From Methylophilaceae bacterium (GTDB lineage Bacteria; Pseudomonadota; Gammaproteobacteria; Burkholderiales; Methylophilaceae), in the NCBI GenBank assembly GCA_031429035.1, contig JANOYU010000061.1:38948-102947 (forward strand): 64,000 bases of DNA, read 5' to 3'. Of the stretch, positions 20,025 to 29,934 are shown piece by piece. The notes under the pieces were generated by a model, which was not told the DNA's origin, made no database searches, and saw only the letters and a program-made list of their open reading frames with translations. How positions within the stretch are numbered: position 1 is the stretch's first letter; every line of letters starts with the position of its first letter. The position numbers were made by a program, and so were the translations under genes.

Positions 20025-20956
20025 TTTGAACTCACTTTCTTTAAAGCAGGCGATGCGCCTGTAATGCTAGCATCAAAATCATGGCGCTTGGTTTGGTATA
20101 AGGCCATCACTTTTTTAACATAGCCGCGCGTTTCTTTATATGGTGGTATGCCCTTATACTTGTCAACAGCGCCCTCACCCGCATTGTAGGCGGCCACAGC
20201 TAATGTGACATCACCACGAAAATACGACAGCAACCAGCGCAAATACGCAACCCCACCTTTAATATTTTGGCTAGCGTTGTAAGCGTTTTTTACATTAAAT
20301 CGGTCGGCTGTGGCAGGTATCAGTTGCATCAAACCATGCGCATCGGCGTTAGATTTTGCGTTAATCTTAAAGTTAGATTCAGCGGTAATAATTGATAACA
20401 CCAATTTGGCATCGACTTTGTACCAATCAGCAATAGTGCCAACCAAATCAAGCACCCAGCGCTTATTTTTAGGCAACTTAGCCACGTAATCATCAATGCC
20501 TTGTGCGCCTTTAAAATCGTTAAACGCTAGCACTGGTGGGCGCTCTGGGGCAACTGCCTCTAACACGCACAGCGGCGTATCGTTAGTTTTAATCTCAATA
20601 GTTTCTAACATTTTTTGCGCTTCATAATGGCCATGGGTAGACGCTATACCAAATAAATTGGCGGCATAATCGCGGTTAGCTGGCACACCACGGCCAAATG
20701 CATACAACATGCCTAGCCTGTACACGCCTTCTGCGCTGCCATAGCGCGCCGCCTCGCAATACAAATTGGCAGCTTGCCATGCCGAGTCACTACTTTTTTC
20801 ATCTGAGACTAAAATGCTAGCGCGCTCGAGTAAATCTTTAATAATCGGCGGTTCATTATCAAAAATCTCCAACTCGGTTTGGCTATAGGCATAGCTAAAT
20901 TGGCTTGCAAAAACTAAGCCAACCATTAAAAAACACCGTGTTAGATGACGATACAA
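20021..20956 (-). CDS. Sel1-repeat + SLT lytic transglycosylase
   Basis: LGMLYAFGRGV Sel1 repeat; AES, GLMQL, AAYNAG SLT motifs. Confidence 0.9.
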   Translation of the reverse strand: MYRHLTRCFLMVGLVFASQFSYAYSQTELEIFDNEPPIIKDLLERASILVSDEKSSDSAWQAANLYCEAARYGSAEGVYRLGMLYAFGRGVPANRDYAANLFGIASTHGHYEAQKMLETIEIKTNDTPLCVLEAVAPERPPVLAFNDFKGAQGIDDYVAKLPKNKRWVLDLVGTIADWYKVDAKLVLSIITAESNFKINAKSNADAHGLMQLIPATADRFNVKNAYNASQNIKGGVAYLRWLLSYFRGDVTLAVAAYNAGEGAVDKYKGIPPYKETRGYVKKVMALYQTKRHDFDASITGASPALKKVSSK

Positions 20957-20963
20957 ATTTGCT

Positions 20964-23555
20964 CTATTTCACTGCTTTATTAAACGTCATTTTGCCTGCC
21001 TTATAATCTATTACGACAGTATCTTTGGCCATAAAATTCCCTGCCAAAATTTCACGTGCCAACGGGTTTTCAATCTCACTTTGAATCGCCCGTTTTAGCG
21101 GCCGTGCGCCATATACTGCATCAAAACCTGCGCTGGCAATTTCGTTAAGCGCTGCCGCACTGATGGCCACATCAATATCCATCGCATGCAAGCGCTGGGT
21201 GAGTAATTGCAGCTGAATGCCCGCAATTAATTTCACGTTTTCTACATCTAGGCTATGAAAAACGACCACCTCATCAATGCGGTTGACGAACTCTGGCCTA
21301 AAGTGGGTTTTTACTTCGCCCATCACTGCCAACTTTACTACTTGATAATCTTGGTCGGCCATATTTTGTATCATTTGACTGCCCAAATTGCTGGTCATAA
21401 TAATTACCGTATTTTTAAAGTCCACGGTACGGCCTTGACCATCAGTCAGGCGGCCATCGTCCAACACTTGCAACAATACATTAAAAACATCGGGGTGCGC
21501 TTTTTCAATTTCATCTAGCAAAATCACGCTATAGGGTTTGCGCCGCACCGCTTCGGTCAGCGCACCGCCTTCTTCATAGCCCACATAGCCAGGCGGCGCA
21601 CCTATCATGCGCGATACGCTGTGTTTCTCCATATATTCAGACATATCAATACGAATTAAATGGTCCTCAGAATCAAACATAAAGCCTGCCAACGCTTTGC
21701 AAAGCTCGGTTTTACCCACGCCAGTTGGACCTAGGAATAAAAAACTGCCATAAGGCTTATTTGGGTCGCTCAAGCCACTGCGGCTTCTACGAATCGCGTC
21801 AGAAACCAGCCGCACTGCTTCGTCTTGACCAACCACGCGTTCATGCAATTTGCCTTCCATTTTTAGCAATTTTTCGCGCTCGCCTGTCATCATTTTGGCT
21901 ACAGGAATACCCGTTGCGCGGCTTACTACCTCTGCAATTTCGTCCGCGCCAACTTCAGTGCGCAACATTTTATGCTTGGTTTTTGTGCTATTTTCTTCTA
22001 CGCTTGAAGCGTCTTTTAATTGCGCCTCTAGCGCGGGTAATTGGCCATATTGCAACTCGGATACTTGCTGCCATTCGCCTTTACGGGTGGCTTCTTCCAT
22101 CTCAAACTTAATTTTTTCAATCGCCTCTTTTATGTGCGCGCTGCCTTGCACTTGGGCTTTTTCGGCTTTCCAAATCTCTTCTAAATCGGCATACTCTTTT
22201 TCTAATTTGGCAATTTCGTCTTCTATCAAACCAAATCTTTTAAGTGAAGCTTCATCTTTTTCGCGGCGCACCGCTTCGCGCTCAATTTTAAGTTGGATGG
22301 CTCTGCGCTCAAGCTTATCTAGACTTTCTGGCTTGCTATCAATTTCCATTTTAATTTTAGAGGCCGCTTCATCAATCAAATCGATGGCTTTATCTGGTAA
22401 AAAACGGTCGGTAATATAACGATGCGATAGCTCAGCCGCTGCCACAATGGCAGGGTCGGTAATTTCTACACCATGGTGTAACTCGTACCTTTCTTGCAGG
22501 CCGCGCAGAATGGCAATGGTCGCTTCCACCGTTGGCTCGTCAACCAATACTTTTTGGAATCTTCGCTCAAGCGCAGCATCTTTTTCAATGTATTTTCGGT
22601 ATTCATCTAATGTTGTAGCACCCACACAATGCAGCTCGCCACGCGCTAGAGCGGGCTTCAGCATATTGCCTGCGTCCATCGCGCCCTCAGTTTTGCCAGC
22701 ACCAACCATGGTATGAATTTCATCAATAAAAACAATCGTTTGGCCTTCATCCTGCGCTAGCTCTTTTAGTACACTTTTTAACCGCTCTTCAAAATCGCCG
22801 CGGTATTTAGCACCTGCCAACAACGCTGCCATATCTAAAGACAGCACTTTTTTGTTTTTGAGTGATTCTGGCACTTCACCATTCACAATACGCTGTGCCA
22901 AGCCTTCAACAATCGCAGTTTTACCCACGCCAGGTTCACCAATTAACACTGGGTTATTTTTAGTGCGGCGACCTAATATTTGAATGACACGGCGAATTTC
23001 ATCATCGCGCCCAATCACTGGGTCCAGCTTGCCAAGGAGTGCGCGTTCAGTTAAATCTAGCGTGTACTTTTTAAGCGCTTCGCGATTATTTTCGGCATCT
23101 GCACTATCATTAGTATCACCGCCACGAACCGCATGGATACTGGCCTCCAGAGCACCTTTTGTTAAGCCATTTTGCTTCAATAATTTGCTTGTTTCACCTT
23201 TATCATCCGCCAACGCAAGCAAAAACAGCTCGCTGGCAATGTATGCATCGTTGCGCTTTTGCGCCAGTTTATCGGTGATATTGAGTATATTATTGAGATC
23301 GCGCGAAATGGCAATTTCGCCATTGCTTTGCGGCGATTTTGGTAGATTTGCCAGCGCAGTATTTAAGCCAGTTTTTAGCGCGTTTATTTGCACACCCGCT
23401 TTTAACAACAGCGATGCAGTGCCGCCATCTTCTTGATTAAGCAGTGCTAATAATAAATGTGGTGGCTCAATCGCGGTATTATCTGCGCCCAGCGCAATAC
23501 TTTGCGCGTCGTTAATCGCCTGTTGAAATTTAGTGGTGAGTTTATCAAAGCGCAT
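20964..23555 (-). CDS. clpB: ATP-dependent chaperone ClpB
   Basis: Two AAA+ modules ([16 protein letters not shown]), coiled-coil M domain, 863 aa. Confidence 0.98.
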   Translation of the reverse strand: MRFDKLTTKFQQAINDAQSIALGADNTAIEPPHLLLALLNQEDGGTASLLLKAGVQINALKTGLNTALANLPKSPQSNGEIAISRDLNNILNITDKLAQKRNDAYIASELFLLALADDKGETSKLLKQNGLTKGALEASIHAVRGGDTNDSADAENNREALKKYTLDLTERALLGKLDPVIGRDDEIRRVIQILGRRTKNNPVLIGEPGVGKTAIVEGLAQRIVNGEVPESLKNKKVLSLDMAALLAGAKYRGDFEERLKSVLKELAQDEGQTIVFIDEIHTMVGAGKTEGAMDAGNMLKPALARGELHCVGATTLDEYRKYIEKDAALERRFQKVLVDEPTVEATIAILRGLQERYELHHGVEITDPAIVAAAELSHRYITDRFLPDKAIDLIDEAASKIKMEIDSKPESLDKLERRAIQLKIEREAVRREKDEASLKRFGLIEDEIAKLEKEYADLEEIWKAEKAQVQGSAHIKEAIEKIKFEMEEATRKGEWQQVSELQYGQLPALEAQLKDASSVEENSTKTKHKMLRTEVGADEIAEVVSRATGIPVAKMMTGEREKLLKMEGKLHERVVGQDEAVRLVSDAIRRSRSGLSDPNKPYGSFLFLGPTGVGKTELCKALAGFMFDSEDHLIRIDMSEYMEKHSVSRMIGAPPGYVGYEEGGALTEAVRRKPYSVILLDEIEKAHPDVFNVLLQVLDDGRLTDGQGRTVDFKNTVIIMTSNLGSQMIQNMADQDYQVVKLAVMGEVKTHFRPEFVNRIDEVVVFHSLDVENVKLIAGIQLQLLTQRLHAMDIDVAISAAALNEIASAGFDAVYGARPLKRAIQSEIENPLAREILAGNFMAKDTVVIDYKAGKMTFNKAVK
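23118..23154 (-). repeat. 37-bp dyad motif copy inside clpB
   Basis: + strand accgccacgaacc-gcatggatact-ggcctccagagca; encodes [12 protein letters not shown]. Confidence 0.7.
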
Positions 23556-23582
23556 ACGGCCTCCATCATTAGCTTAAAACTA

Positions 23583-23609
23583 ATGTGGGGCACTTTTGGT
23601 AGGTTTCAA
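23583..23609 (-). promoter_or_regulatory. Sigma-32 (RpoH) promoter of clpB
   Basis: Minus strand TTGAAA-N13-CCCCACAT, close to the RpoH consensus, about 28 nt upstream of the clpB ATG. Confidence 0.75.
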
Positions 23610-23615
23610 TACAAT

Positions 23616-24821
23616 TTATTTAGTTAGTGGCACTATTTGCAACCCATCTGCTTGTGTGTTCCACACTAAATAAGGTGCGTTTTTATTTTGTAACAAAAAT
23701 GGATAATCGACTTTTTGGCTGCTGCTGGCAAGGGTTTTGGCCTCATCCCAACTTCTGCCACCATCTGTCGATTGCATGCCAAAAATACTGCTTTTTCCAT
23801 CTTTAATCTCTCGCCAAACCAGCCAGACACTCTCGCCTATGCTTAATAAACTTGGGTGTCCCGCTTGCTTGCTGTTATCACCAAATTTTTTGGCTGGGCT
23901 GCTGGCCCACGCCACGCCATCCATGCGACTGTAGTACAAGCCTGGTTTCTTGTCGTTACCATCAAAATAGGCCATGTGGTAACCCCACCAAGCGTTATTT
24001 TTTTGGTTTGGCTCTGCGCCTTCGCCGCCAGATGCAATCGCCGCACCGTGATGCGGGCAGCCATCAAGTACCCAATGCCCAAAAGTGGCGCGATGTAGCT
24101 GTGGTTTTGCGCCAGCTTTGGGAATCTCGGCAATGTTATGGTCGCGCTCACTGCCTTCAAACACATGCCGCCAAAGCGCCACTGTCGTACCATCGGGCTT
24201 ATTGGTGGTGACAATACGGCAGCATTCGCAGCTGCTATCGGCTAACTTTTGCTCTTGCGCAAAACTAGCGCCTTTATCTGTAGAAACCGCATAATAAATG
24301 GCTGCCCCATCATACTTTTTTCCTGCTGCTTTGGCAGCCAACAAATCACGTTTATCTACCCAAGTCACTGTAATATCGCCATTAGTTGCTACATTGAGTG
24401 AATCAAAACGGTGGGTAATTTCGGCTCTATCATGGTGAACGATATAAGGCTTTTCAAAACTTTTACCACCGTCAATTGACCTTGCAAACCAAATATAGCC
24501 CGCATATGGCGTTTTTAAGGTTTCCGTCCAAGTGACGTAGATATTGGCTCCTAGGGCAGTTATTTTAGGTCGCGCTTCGCCATCTGCGCCTATTTTTTGT
24601 GCAGTTTGATTTAGTTTAATTGGCTTGCTAAAAGTTTTGCCTAAATCGGCACTGTTATCTACCTGCACAAACCCATCGTGCACGCTAGCGCGCCACAGCT
24701 TGCCAACATGATCAAATGCCACAGAAACCGCCAATTGACTGGCGGCATGCTGGGTATGTGCCTCGTGTGATTGCACGTTAAAGTTTAATAGCAAACAGAA
24801 TATCAATAAAAAATAACGCAT
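23616..24821 (-). CDS. Periplasmic BNR/Asp-box (sialidase-like) repeat protein
   Basis: Signal peptide then His-rich HEAHTQH; Asp boxes SIDGGKSF, STDKGASF, STDGGRSW; CECC and CPHHG motifs. Confidence 0.85.
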   Translation of the reverse strand: MRYFLLIFCLLLNFNVQSHEAHTQHAASQLAVSVAFDHVGKLWRASVHDGFVQVDNSADLGKTFSKPIKLNQTAQKIGADGEARPKITALGANIYVTWTETLKTPYAGYIWFARSIDGGKSFEKPYIVHHDRAEITHRFDSLNVATNGDITVTWVDKRDLLAAKAAGKKYDGAAIYYAVSTDKGASFAQEQKLADSSCECCRIVTTNKPDGTTVALWRHVFEGSERDHNIAEIPKAGAKPQLHRATFGHWVLDGCPHHGAAIASGGEGAEPNQKNNAWWGYHMAYFDGNDKKPGLYYSRMDGVAWASSPAKKFGDNSKQAGHPSLLSIGESVWLVWREIKDGKSSIFGMQSTDGGRSWDEAKTLASSSQKVDYPFLLQNKNAPYLVWNTQADGLQIVPLTK

Positions 24822-24838
24822 TCGTTTTATCCTAAAAT

Positions 24839-24863
24839 GGATTCCCGCCTTCGCGGGAATGAC
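24839..24863. repeat. dRS3-like palindromic repeat ATTCCC-N8-GGGAAT
   Basis: ggATTCCCgccttcgcGGGAATgac between TonB receptor stop and BNR gene start. Confidence 0.85.
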
Positions 24864-24868
24864 AGCTG

Positions 24869-27199
24869 TTAATAATCAAACTTAAGTTGCAAATAACCAG
24901 TCCTCTGCGGATACGGGTGAAACGCATAACCTTGGTAATTATTTAAATTATCTATGCCTACACTGGCGGTTAATCGATTCGCAAATTTATAATTGGCTTT
25001 TACATCCACAAAAAAGTATTTACTGGTGCCCCCAAACGTGTCTGGGTTGCTATCACTGTTATCCAGCGTATTGTATTGCCTGCCACTATAACGCGCACCT
25101 AGCGAATAAGTTAAATTTGGGTTTTGATGATAAGTGGCGGCCAACTTATATTGCTGCTTAGGAATACGCACAGGTTTGTTGCCGTTGCTGGCGGGGTTAA
25201 TGCCATTTTTCAAAATTTCTGCATCGGTAAAAGTAGCATTTGCCAAAATATCTAAACCATGAAAGCCAACATCCTCCCAAATGGTAGAAAGCTCAATACC
25301 ATTGGTACGCACATGATCAATATTTTGAATAAACGAACAAGTAGTGGCCGCGCATGTGCCTGTGCCAAATGGAATTGCAGTACCAATACCCACCGTTTGG
25401 CTAATCAATGCGTCAAATTTACTCTCGTGGAACAAACTGGCGCGCACTAAGCCATTAGCAAAGCGCCTCTCAGCTGTAAATTCGCCAGAAATCACTTCCT
25501 CTTCTTTCAAGTCTGGATTATTTTCAACCAAGCTTGTGCCTTGCGTTTGCTGTTGAAAAAGCTCACTTACCGTTGGAAAGCGGAAAGCTTGACCAATTGA
25601 CGCCCTAAAGCCCCAGGCAGGTTCTGGTTCAAAACTGAGTGAAAGTTTGGGTGAAAATTTAGTCTCAGATTGATCTTTATAATTGGCTGTTCCCAATAAC
25701 CCACCCAATATGGTTTGGTTACGACCATCACTCGCTTGCCAATATTCGGTGCGGCCACCCAATGTCAACGCCCATTCTGGGTTTATCTGCCATTTATCTT
25801 GCACAAATAAAGCCTGTGTTTGCGTTTGCCCACGTGAAGTTGCGGTTAACAAACCTTTGCTACCGCGCGACCAATCTGCGGTGTCATTGGTTTGGCTTTG
25901 CAAATTATAGTCATCAACGTGATAGCCAAACTCAATGGTATGGTCTTTAGGGCGTACTGTATTTAATCTCAAGGTGCCGCGCACTTCTAGCGCAGTCCAG
26001 CCAGTGCCAGCCAAATCTGTCACGCGGCCAACACGGTTGTTATAGGGGTTACCAGCAGCAGTGCTGCCAGTGGCAGATACAGTGGAAGCACTATTTTTAT
26101 CTTTTTGGTAATCGTAATCAGACAAAGTCACTTGCCAATCAAAAAAGCCTTTGCTGTTACTTTTTACATCAAGCGCTTGCATCACATGAAAAGACTCCAC
26201 TTCGGCTGGATTATTAAAGCCGTTGACGTCATAATTTTGACCATTAAATGTCACACGGCCGTTGTAAATATCGTTACCCGCTGTATCTTTAATATAACTT
26301 TTTACATCTAAGCGACTATCTAAATCCCACACGCCCAACGTATAAGCGACTTTAATTTCAGGCGTAATATCATAGCTAAGCTTAATTTTTGCGTTAATTT
26401 GCTCGCTTTTATCGATGCCGGTTGCGCCAAAAGTAACGCGATTTTTACCTGTTGGGTCTTTATCTAAAAACGCCCCTATAACAGCAGTTCTGCCGCCAGC
26501 TGCTGTACCAAGCGCAACACTGTTAGCAAATTGCATCGGTTGGCTTTCTGATTCTAACCTATCAATACTGGCAAAAAAGCTTAAATCGTTGATTTTATTA
26601 CCAACAGAAAACGTTTCGTGGTTGCCCTTAAACGTTTCATCTGTGCCATACAGCTCAAAATTTTGTGCAAAGGCTTGTGCGCTGGCGTGTGCCTCAAATT
26701 TTGTTGGCATACGCGTGTTTAAGCTAATGACGCCGCCCAACGAATTACCTGCGTAAAGTGCCGAAAATGGGCCATACAATATGCTCACGCTATCAATTTC
26801 TTCAGGTGAAACCATTCCCCAGCGCGGCGCAAAACCAAAGGAATTACCCAGTAAATTTGAAAGCAAAATGCCATCGGCATACAACAGCGTTTGTGCGGAT
26901 GACAAAGTGCCTGTGGTTCTAGTAGCTATAGGGCCGTTGCGGTCACCAATATAGCGCTCGCGCACTTGAAAGCTGGGCAAATATTTCAGCGTTTGCTGCG
27001 ATGTGGTGGCATTTACCGTATCTTGAATTTGCTGCCTGTTGTAGCTCTCCACCGCTGCTGGGTGATTAATAATACGGCTATCAAGCGTGGGCGCGCTTAC
27101 GTTAATTTCGTCTAGCTCAATATTCTCTTTATGCTCGGCAAAAGAAAATTGGCTAAAACCAAATAAAATACAAAAACCAAAAAATAAATTATTTTTCAT
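24869..27199 (-). CDS. TonB-dependent receptor (probably metal/copper related)
   Basis: ATG 27199 with GGAG RBS; signal peptide, plug (YGPFSALY.GNSLGGVI), beta-barrel ending LKFDY. Confidence 0.92.
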   Translation of the reverse strand: MKNNLFFGFCILFGFSQFSFAEHKENIELDEINVSAPTLDSRIINHPAAVESYNRQQIQDTVNATTSQQTLKYLPSFQVRERYIGDRNGPIATRTTGTLSSAQTLLYADGILLSNLLGNSFGFAPRWGMVSPEEIDSVSILYGPFSALYAGNSLGGVISLNTRMPTKFEAHASAQAFAQNFELYGTDETFKGNHETFSVGNKINDLSFFASIDRLESESQPMQFANSVALGTAAGGRTAVIGAFLDKDPTGKNRVTFGATGIDKSEQINAKIKLSYDITPEIKVAYTLGVWDLDSRLDVKSYIKDTAGNDIYNGRVTFNGQNYDVNGFNNPAEVESFHVMQALDVKSNSKGFFDWQVTLSDYDYQKDKNSASTVSATGSTAAGNPYNNRVGRVTDLAGTGWTALEVRGTLRLNTVRPKDHTIEFGYHVDDYNLQSQTNDTADWSRGSKGLLTATSRGQTQTQALFVQDKWQINPEWALTLGGRTEYWQASDGRNQTILGGLLGTANYKDQSETKFSPKLSLSFEPEPAWGFRASIGQAFRFPTVSELFQQQTQGTSLVENNPDLKEEEVISGEFTAERRFANGLVRASLFHESKFDALISQTVGIGTAIPFGTGTCAATTCSFIQNIDHVRTNGIELSTIWEDVGFHGLDILANATFTDAEILKNGINPASNGNKPVRIPKQQYKLAATYHQNPNLTYSLGARYSGRQYNTLDNSDSNPDTFGGTSKYFFVDVKANYKFANRLTASVGIDNLNNYQGYAFHPYPQRTGYLQLKFDY

Positions 27200-27258
27200 A
27201 CTAAAAACTCCAAATAAATAAAACCATTGGCCAATAAAAAGCCAATACAAAAGATTAT

Positions 27259-27684
27259 TTAGTTGAAGCTGGGCGGCGCCTGTGCAGGCGGTGGAAGTGT
27301 TGAAAAAGGTGTGCTAATGACTTGAGTTGCCGCAGCAATATGCTGTGCTGTAGCAGTTAAAAATACAATAATTGGCGCATGTGGTGCTTGCAAAGCCGCA
27401 TCAATACTGGGGCTAGCGCAAAATGGGCAATGCTGTAAATGGTGTTGAATACCAGCTGGTGATTTTTGTGAGCCTTGTGCTGGCAGTTCGGTCGCCAATT
27501 GTTGGCCCTTGGTGGTCAGTACTTGAATGGTGATTTTCTCACCACTTGTTGTACAAACCTCTTGCACAAACCCCGCGCTGCTATTGGCTTGCAGGGCATG
27601 TGAAATGCTAGGCGCAAGCGACGCAAATACAATCGCCAATAAAGCGATTTTATTTAAAAACTTAAATAAATTTTGCGGCAACAT
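27259..27684 (-). CDS. DUF2946 family protein (CruR-like)
   Basis: N-terminal hydrophobic segment LAPSISH, EVCT..G, HCPFC, C-terminal PPPAQAPP; directly upstream of a TonB receptor. Confidence 0.85.
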   Translation of the reverse strand: MLPQNLFKFLNKIALLAIVFASLAPSISHALQANSSAGFVQEVCTTSGEKITIQVLTTKGQQLATELPAQGSQKSPAGIQHHLQHCPFCASPSIDAALQAPHAPIIVFLTATAQHIAAATQVISTPFSTLPPPAQAPPSFN

Positions 27685-27745
27685 CCGCTTATTTTAGCAT
27701 TATTGGTTAAAATGCAAAATACTTATAAATTATAAGGCGACAAAT

Positions 27746-28687
27746 ATGGCAGGCGGTAGTTTATTAATGCTTTTAGACGACATTACCACGATGTTGGACG
27801 ACGTTTCGGTAATGACCAAAGTGGCAGCCAAAAAAACTGCAGGCGTGTTGGGCGATGATTTAGCGCTAAATGCTCAACAAGTTAGCGGCGTAGATGCTAG
27901 CCGCGAAATACCAGTGGTGTGGGCGGTAGCAAAAGGCTCGTTTATTAATAAACTAATCTTAGTGCCCGCCGCATTAGCCATTAGCTATTTTATCCCGTGG
28001 TTAATTACGCCATTGTTAATGATAGGCGGCGCATTTTTGTGTTTTGAAGGTTTTGAAAAAATTGCGCATAAGTTTTTGCATAAAGATGAAGCAGAATCGC
28101 ATGACAAAGCCATTGAACAAGCAGTGGCCGACCCAAAAATTGATATGGTAGCGCTGGAGAAAGATAAAATTAAAGGCGCAATTCGTACCGATTTTATTTT
28201 ATCAGCCGAGATTATTGTCATCGCACTAGGCACGGTGGCAACTGAAGTTTATAGCAAACAAGTGACAGTGGTTTCACTCATCGCGCTGATTATGACAGTT
28301 GGCGTGTATGGCTTGGTGGCAGGCATTGTTAAGCTGGATGACCTTGGCTTGCACCTGATGCTAAAAAAAGGCACCAGCCTTTACAAGCAGATCATCCGTA
28401 AAATTGGTTCAGGCATATTGGCTTTTGCACCAAAATTAATGGGGTTTTTAAGCATTGCTGGCACCGCCGCCATGTTTTTGGTGGGCGGCAGCATTATTGG
28501 GCATGGCATTCCCGCTATTCATCATTTAAGTGAAGGCTTAGTGGCCAGCGTACAAAATTTACCTGCAGTAGGCGGCGTGCTAAAAGTAGCTGGCCCCATG
28601 CTGGTAGATGCAATTGTTGGCTTAATTGTGGGCGCGATTTGTGTGGCGTTTTACATTGGATTTAATAAATTGCGACACAAACATTAA
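27746..28687 (+). CDS. DUF808 (YedI-like) inner membrane protein
   Basis: LLDDI...[38 protein letters not shown]. Confidence 0.92.
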   Translation: MAGGSLLMLLDDITTMLDDVSVMTKVAAKKTAGVLGDDLALNAQQVSGVDASREIPVVWAVAKGSFINKLILVPAALAISYFIPWLITPLLMIGGAFLCFEGFEKIAHKFLHKDEAESHDKAIEQAVADPKIDMVALEKDKIKGAIRTDFILSAEIIVIALGTVATEVYSKQVTVVSLIALIMTVGVYGLVAGIVKLDDLGLHLMLKKGTSLYKQIIRKIGSGILAFAPKLMGFLSIAGTAAMFLVGGSIIGHGIPAIHHLSEGLVASVQNLPAVGGVLKVAGPMLVDAIVGLIVGAICVAFYIGFNKLRHKH

Positions 28688-28718
28688 GCATGTCATTAAA
28701 TTTATATCATTAAATGCA

Positions 28719-28755
28719 TGCCCTGCAAGCCAATATCTATGCGGCTTGTAGGGCA
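28719..28755 (+). repeat. 37-bp dyad motif copy (intergenic, near consensus)
   Basis: tgccctgcaagcc-aatatctatgc-ggcttgtagggca between convergent genes. Confidence 0.9.
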
Positions 28756-28790
28756 TATTTTATTCATCACCGCTAAAACGCTGTACCAGC

Positions 28791-29432
28791 TTATTCGTCA
28801 TCACTGAAGCGCTGTTCTTTAAACGGGTCAGCTTCGTTGTGATAACCACGCACTTCCCAAAAGCCACGTCTATCATGCTCGTGCAGCTCAATGGCTTTTA
28901 GCCATTTTGCGCCTTTCCAGGCATAGCGTTTTGGCACAATCATACGCGCTGGGCCGCCATGGTCGCGGCTTAGTGGCTTGCCTAACACCGAATGCGCAAT
29001 CAGCACATCATCATCTAACAAAGCTTCTAGTGGTAAATTAGTGGTGTAATTATCATAGCCATGTAACGTCACAAATTGCGCGTTTGGCAATGGCGCGGCC
29101 AGCGCTAAAATAGTTTGCGCGCTGACGCCAACCCAATCCATATCCAGCTGACTCCAACGTGTGACGCAGTGAAAGTCTGATACATCGTGCATTTGTGGCA
29201 AGGCATTAAACGCATCCCAGCCCAAATTTAGCTCATTTTCTACTAGGCCATACACACGCAAGTTCCAATTTCCAAGCGCAATTTCTGGCTTTATACCCAT
29301 ATCTAAAACAGGAAAATTTTTGACCTCAGTTTGCCCAGCAGGCACGCGGATATTGGCTCCCAGTTTGCCTGCAGCAGCACCTTTTTTGGCAATGGCAATT
29401 TTGCCTGCAATGAGCTTTTTCCAATCTGGCAC
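28791..29432 (-). CDS. Sulfite-oxidase-like molybdopterin-dependent oxidoreductase (YuiH-like)
   Basis: DFHCVTRWS, YTTNLPL, HGGPARMIVPKRYAWKGAKW, GFWEVRGYH. Confidence 0.9.
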   Translation of the reverse strand: MPDWKKLIAGKIAIAKKGAAAGKLGANIRVPAGQTEVKNFPVLDMGIKPEIALGNWNLRVYGLVENELNLGWDAFNALPQMHDVSDFHCVTRWSQLDMDWVGVSAQTILALAAPLPNAQFVTLHGYDNYTTNLPLEALLDDDVLIAHSVLGKPLSRDHGGPARMIVPKRYAWKGAKWLKAIELHEHDRRGFWEVRGYHNEADPFKEQRFSDDE

Positions 29433-29463
29433 TTACCTACCCCCACGCGTGAAAACGCTAAAT

Positions 29464-29934
29464 TTATTTCTTTTCAGTTTTAAAGCTATCCCACAATAAA
29501 AGCGCGACACCCACGCAAATCGCGCTATCGGCCACATTAAATGCGGGCCAGTAAAAATTATTCACGTGAAAATATAAAAAATCTACCACATAGCCCAACG
29601 TAAGCCTATCGTACAAATTGCCAATCGCGCCACCTAACACTAGGGCCAGGCCAAGGCAAAAAAGTTTGTTGTGCAGATTTTTTATAATTAAATAGGTAAT
29701 CACAACAATAGCGACGACTGAAATAGCGGTAAAAAACCACTTTTGCCAGCCGCCGGCATCGGCTAAAAAGCTAAACGCCGCGCCTTCGTTATGAAAGCGC
29801 ACCAGCTCAAAAAAGCTGGTCATGGGTTGGCGATCGCCATGCTGAAAAGCTTGCTCAATTAAGTGTTTGGTAAATAAATCTAGCGCGACGATAACGGCAC
29901 TTAAGCCAAACCAGCGATAGCTATTTTTAAGCAT
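29464..29934 (-). CDS. lspA: Lipoprotein signal peptidase II
   Basis: [33 protein letters not shown]; ATG overlaps the ileS stop. Confidence 0.96.
   Translation of the reverse strand: MLKNSYRWFGLSAVIVALDLFTKHLIEQAFQHGDRQPMTSFFELVRFHNEGAAFSFLADAGGWQKWFFTAISVVAIVVITYLIIKNLHNKLFCLGLALVLGGAIGNLYDRLTLGYVVDFLYFHVNNFYWPAFNVADSAICVGVALLLWDSFKTEKK

Noticed and set aside
27200-27250. Longer TonB receptor start at 27250 (similarly ribF 33855, lspA 29958, ppiA 54280, SH3 11501)
   Set aside because: Downstream ATGs have better RBS, signal-peptide or overlap context.
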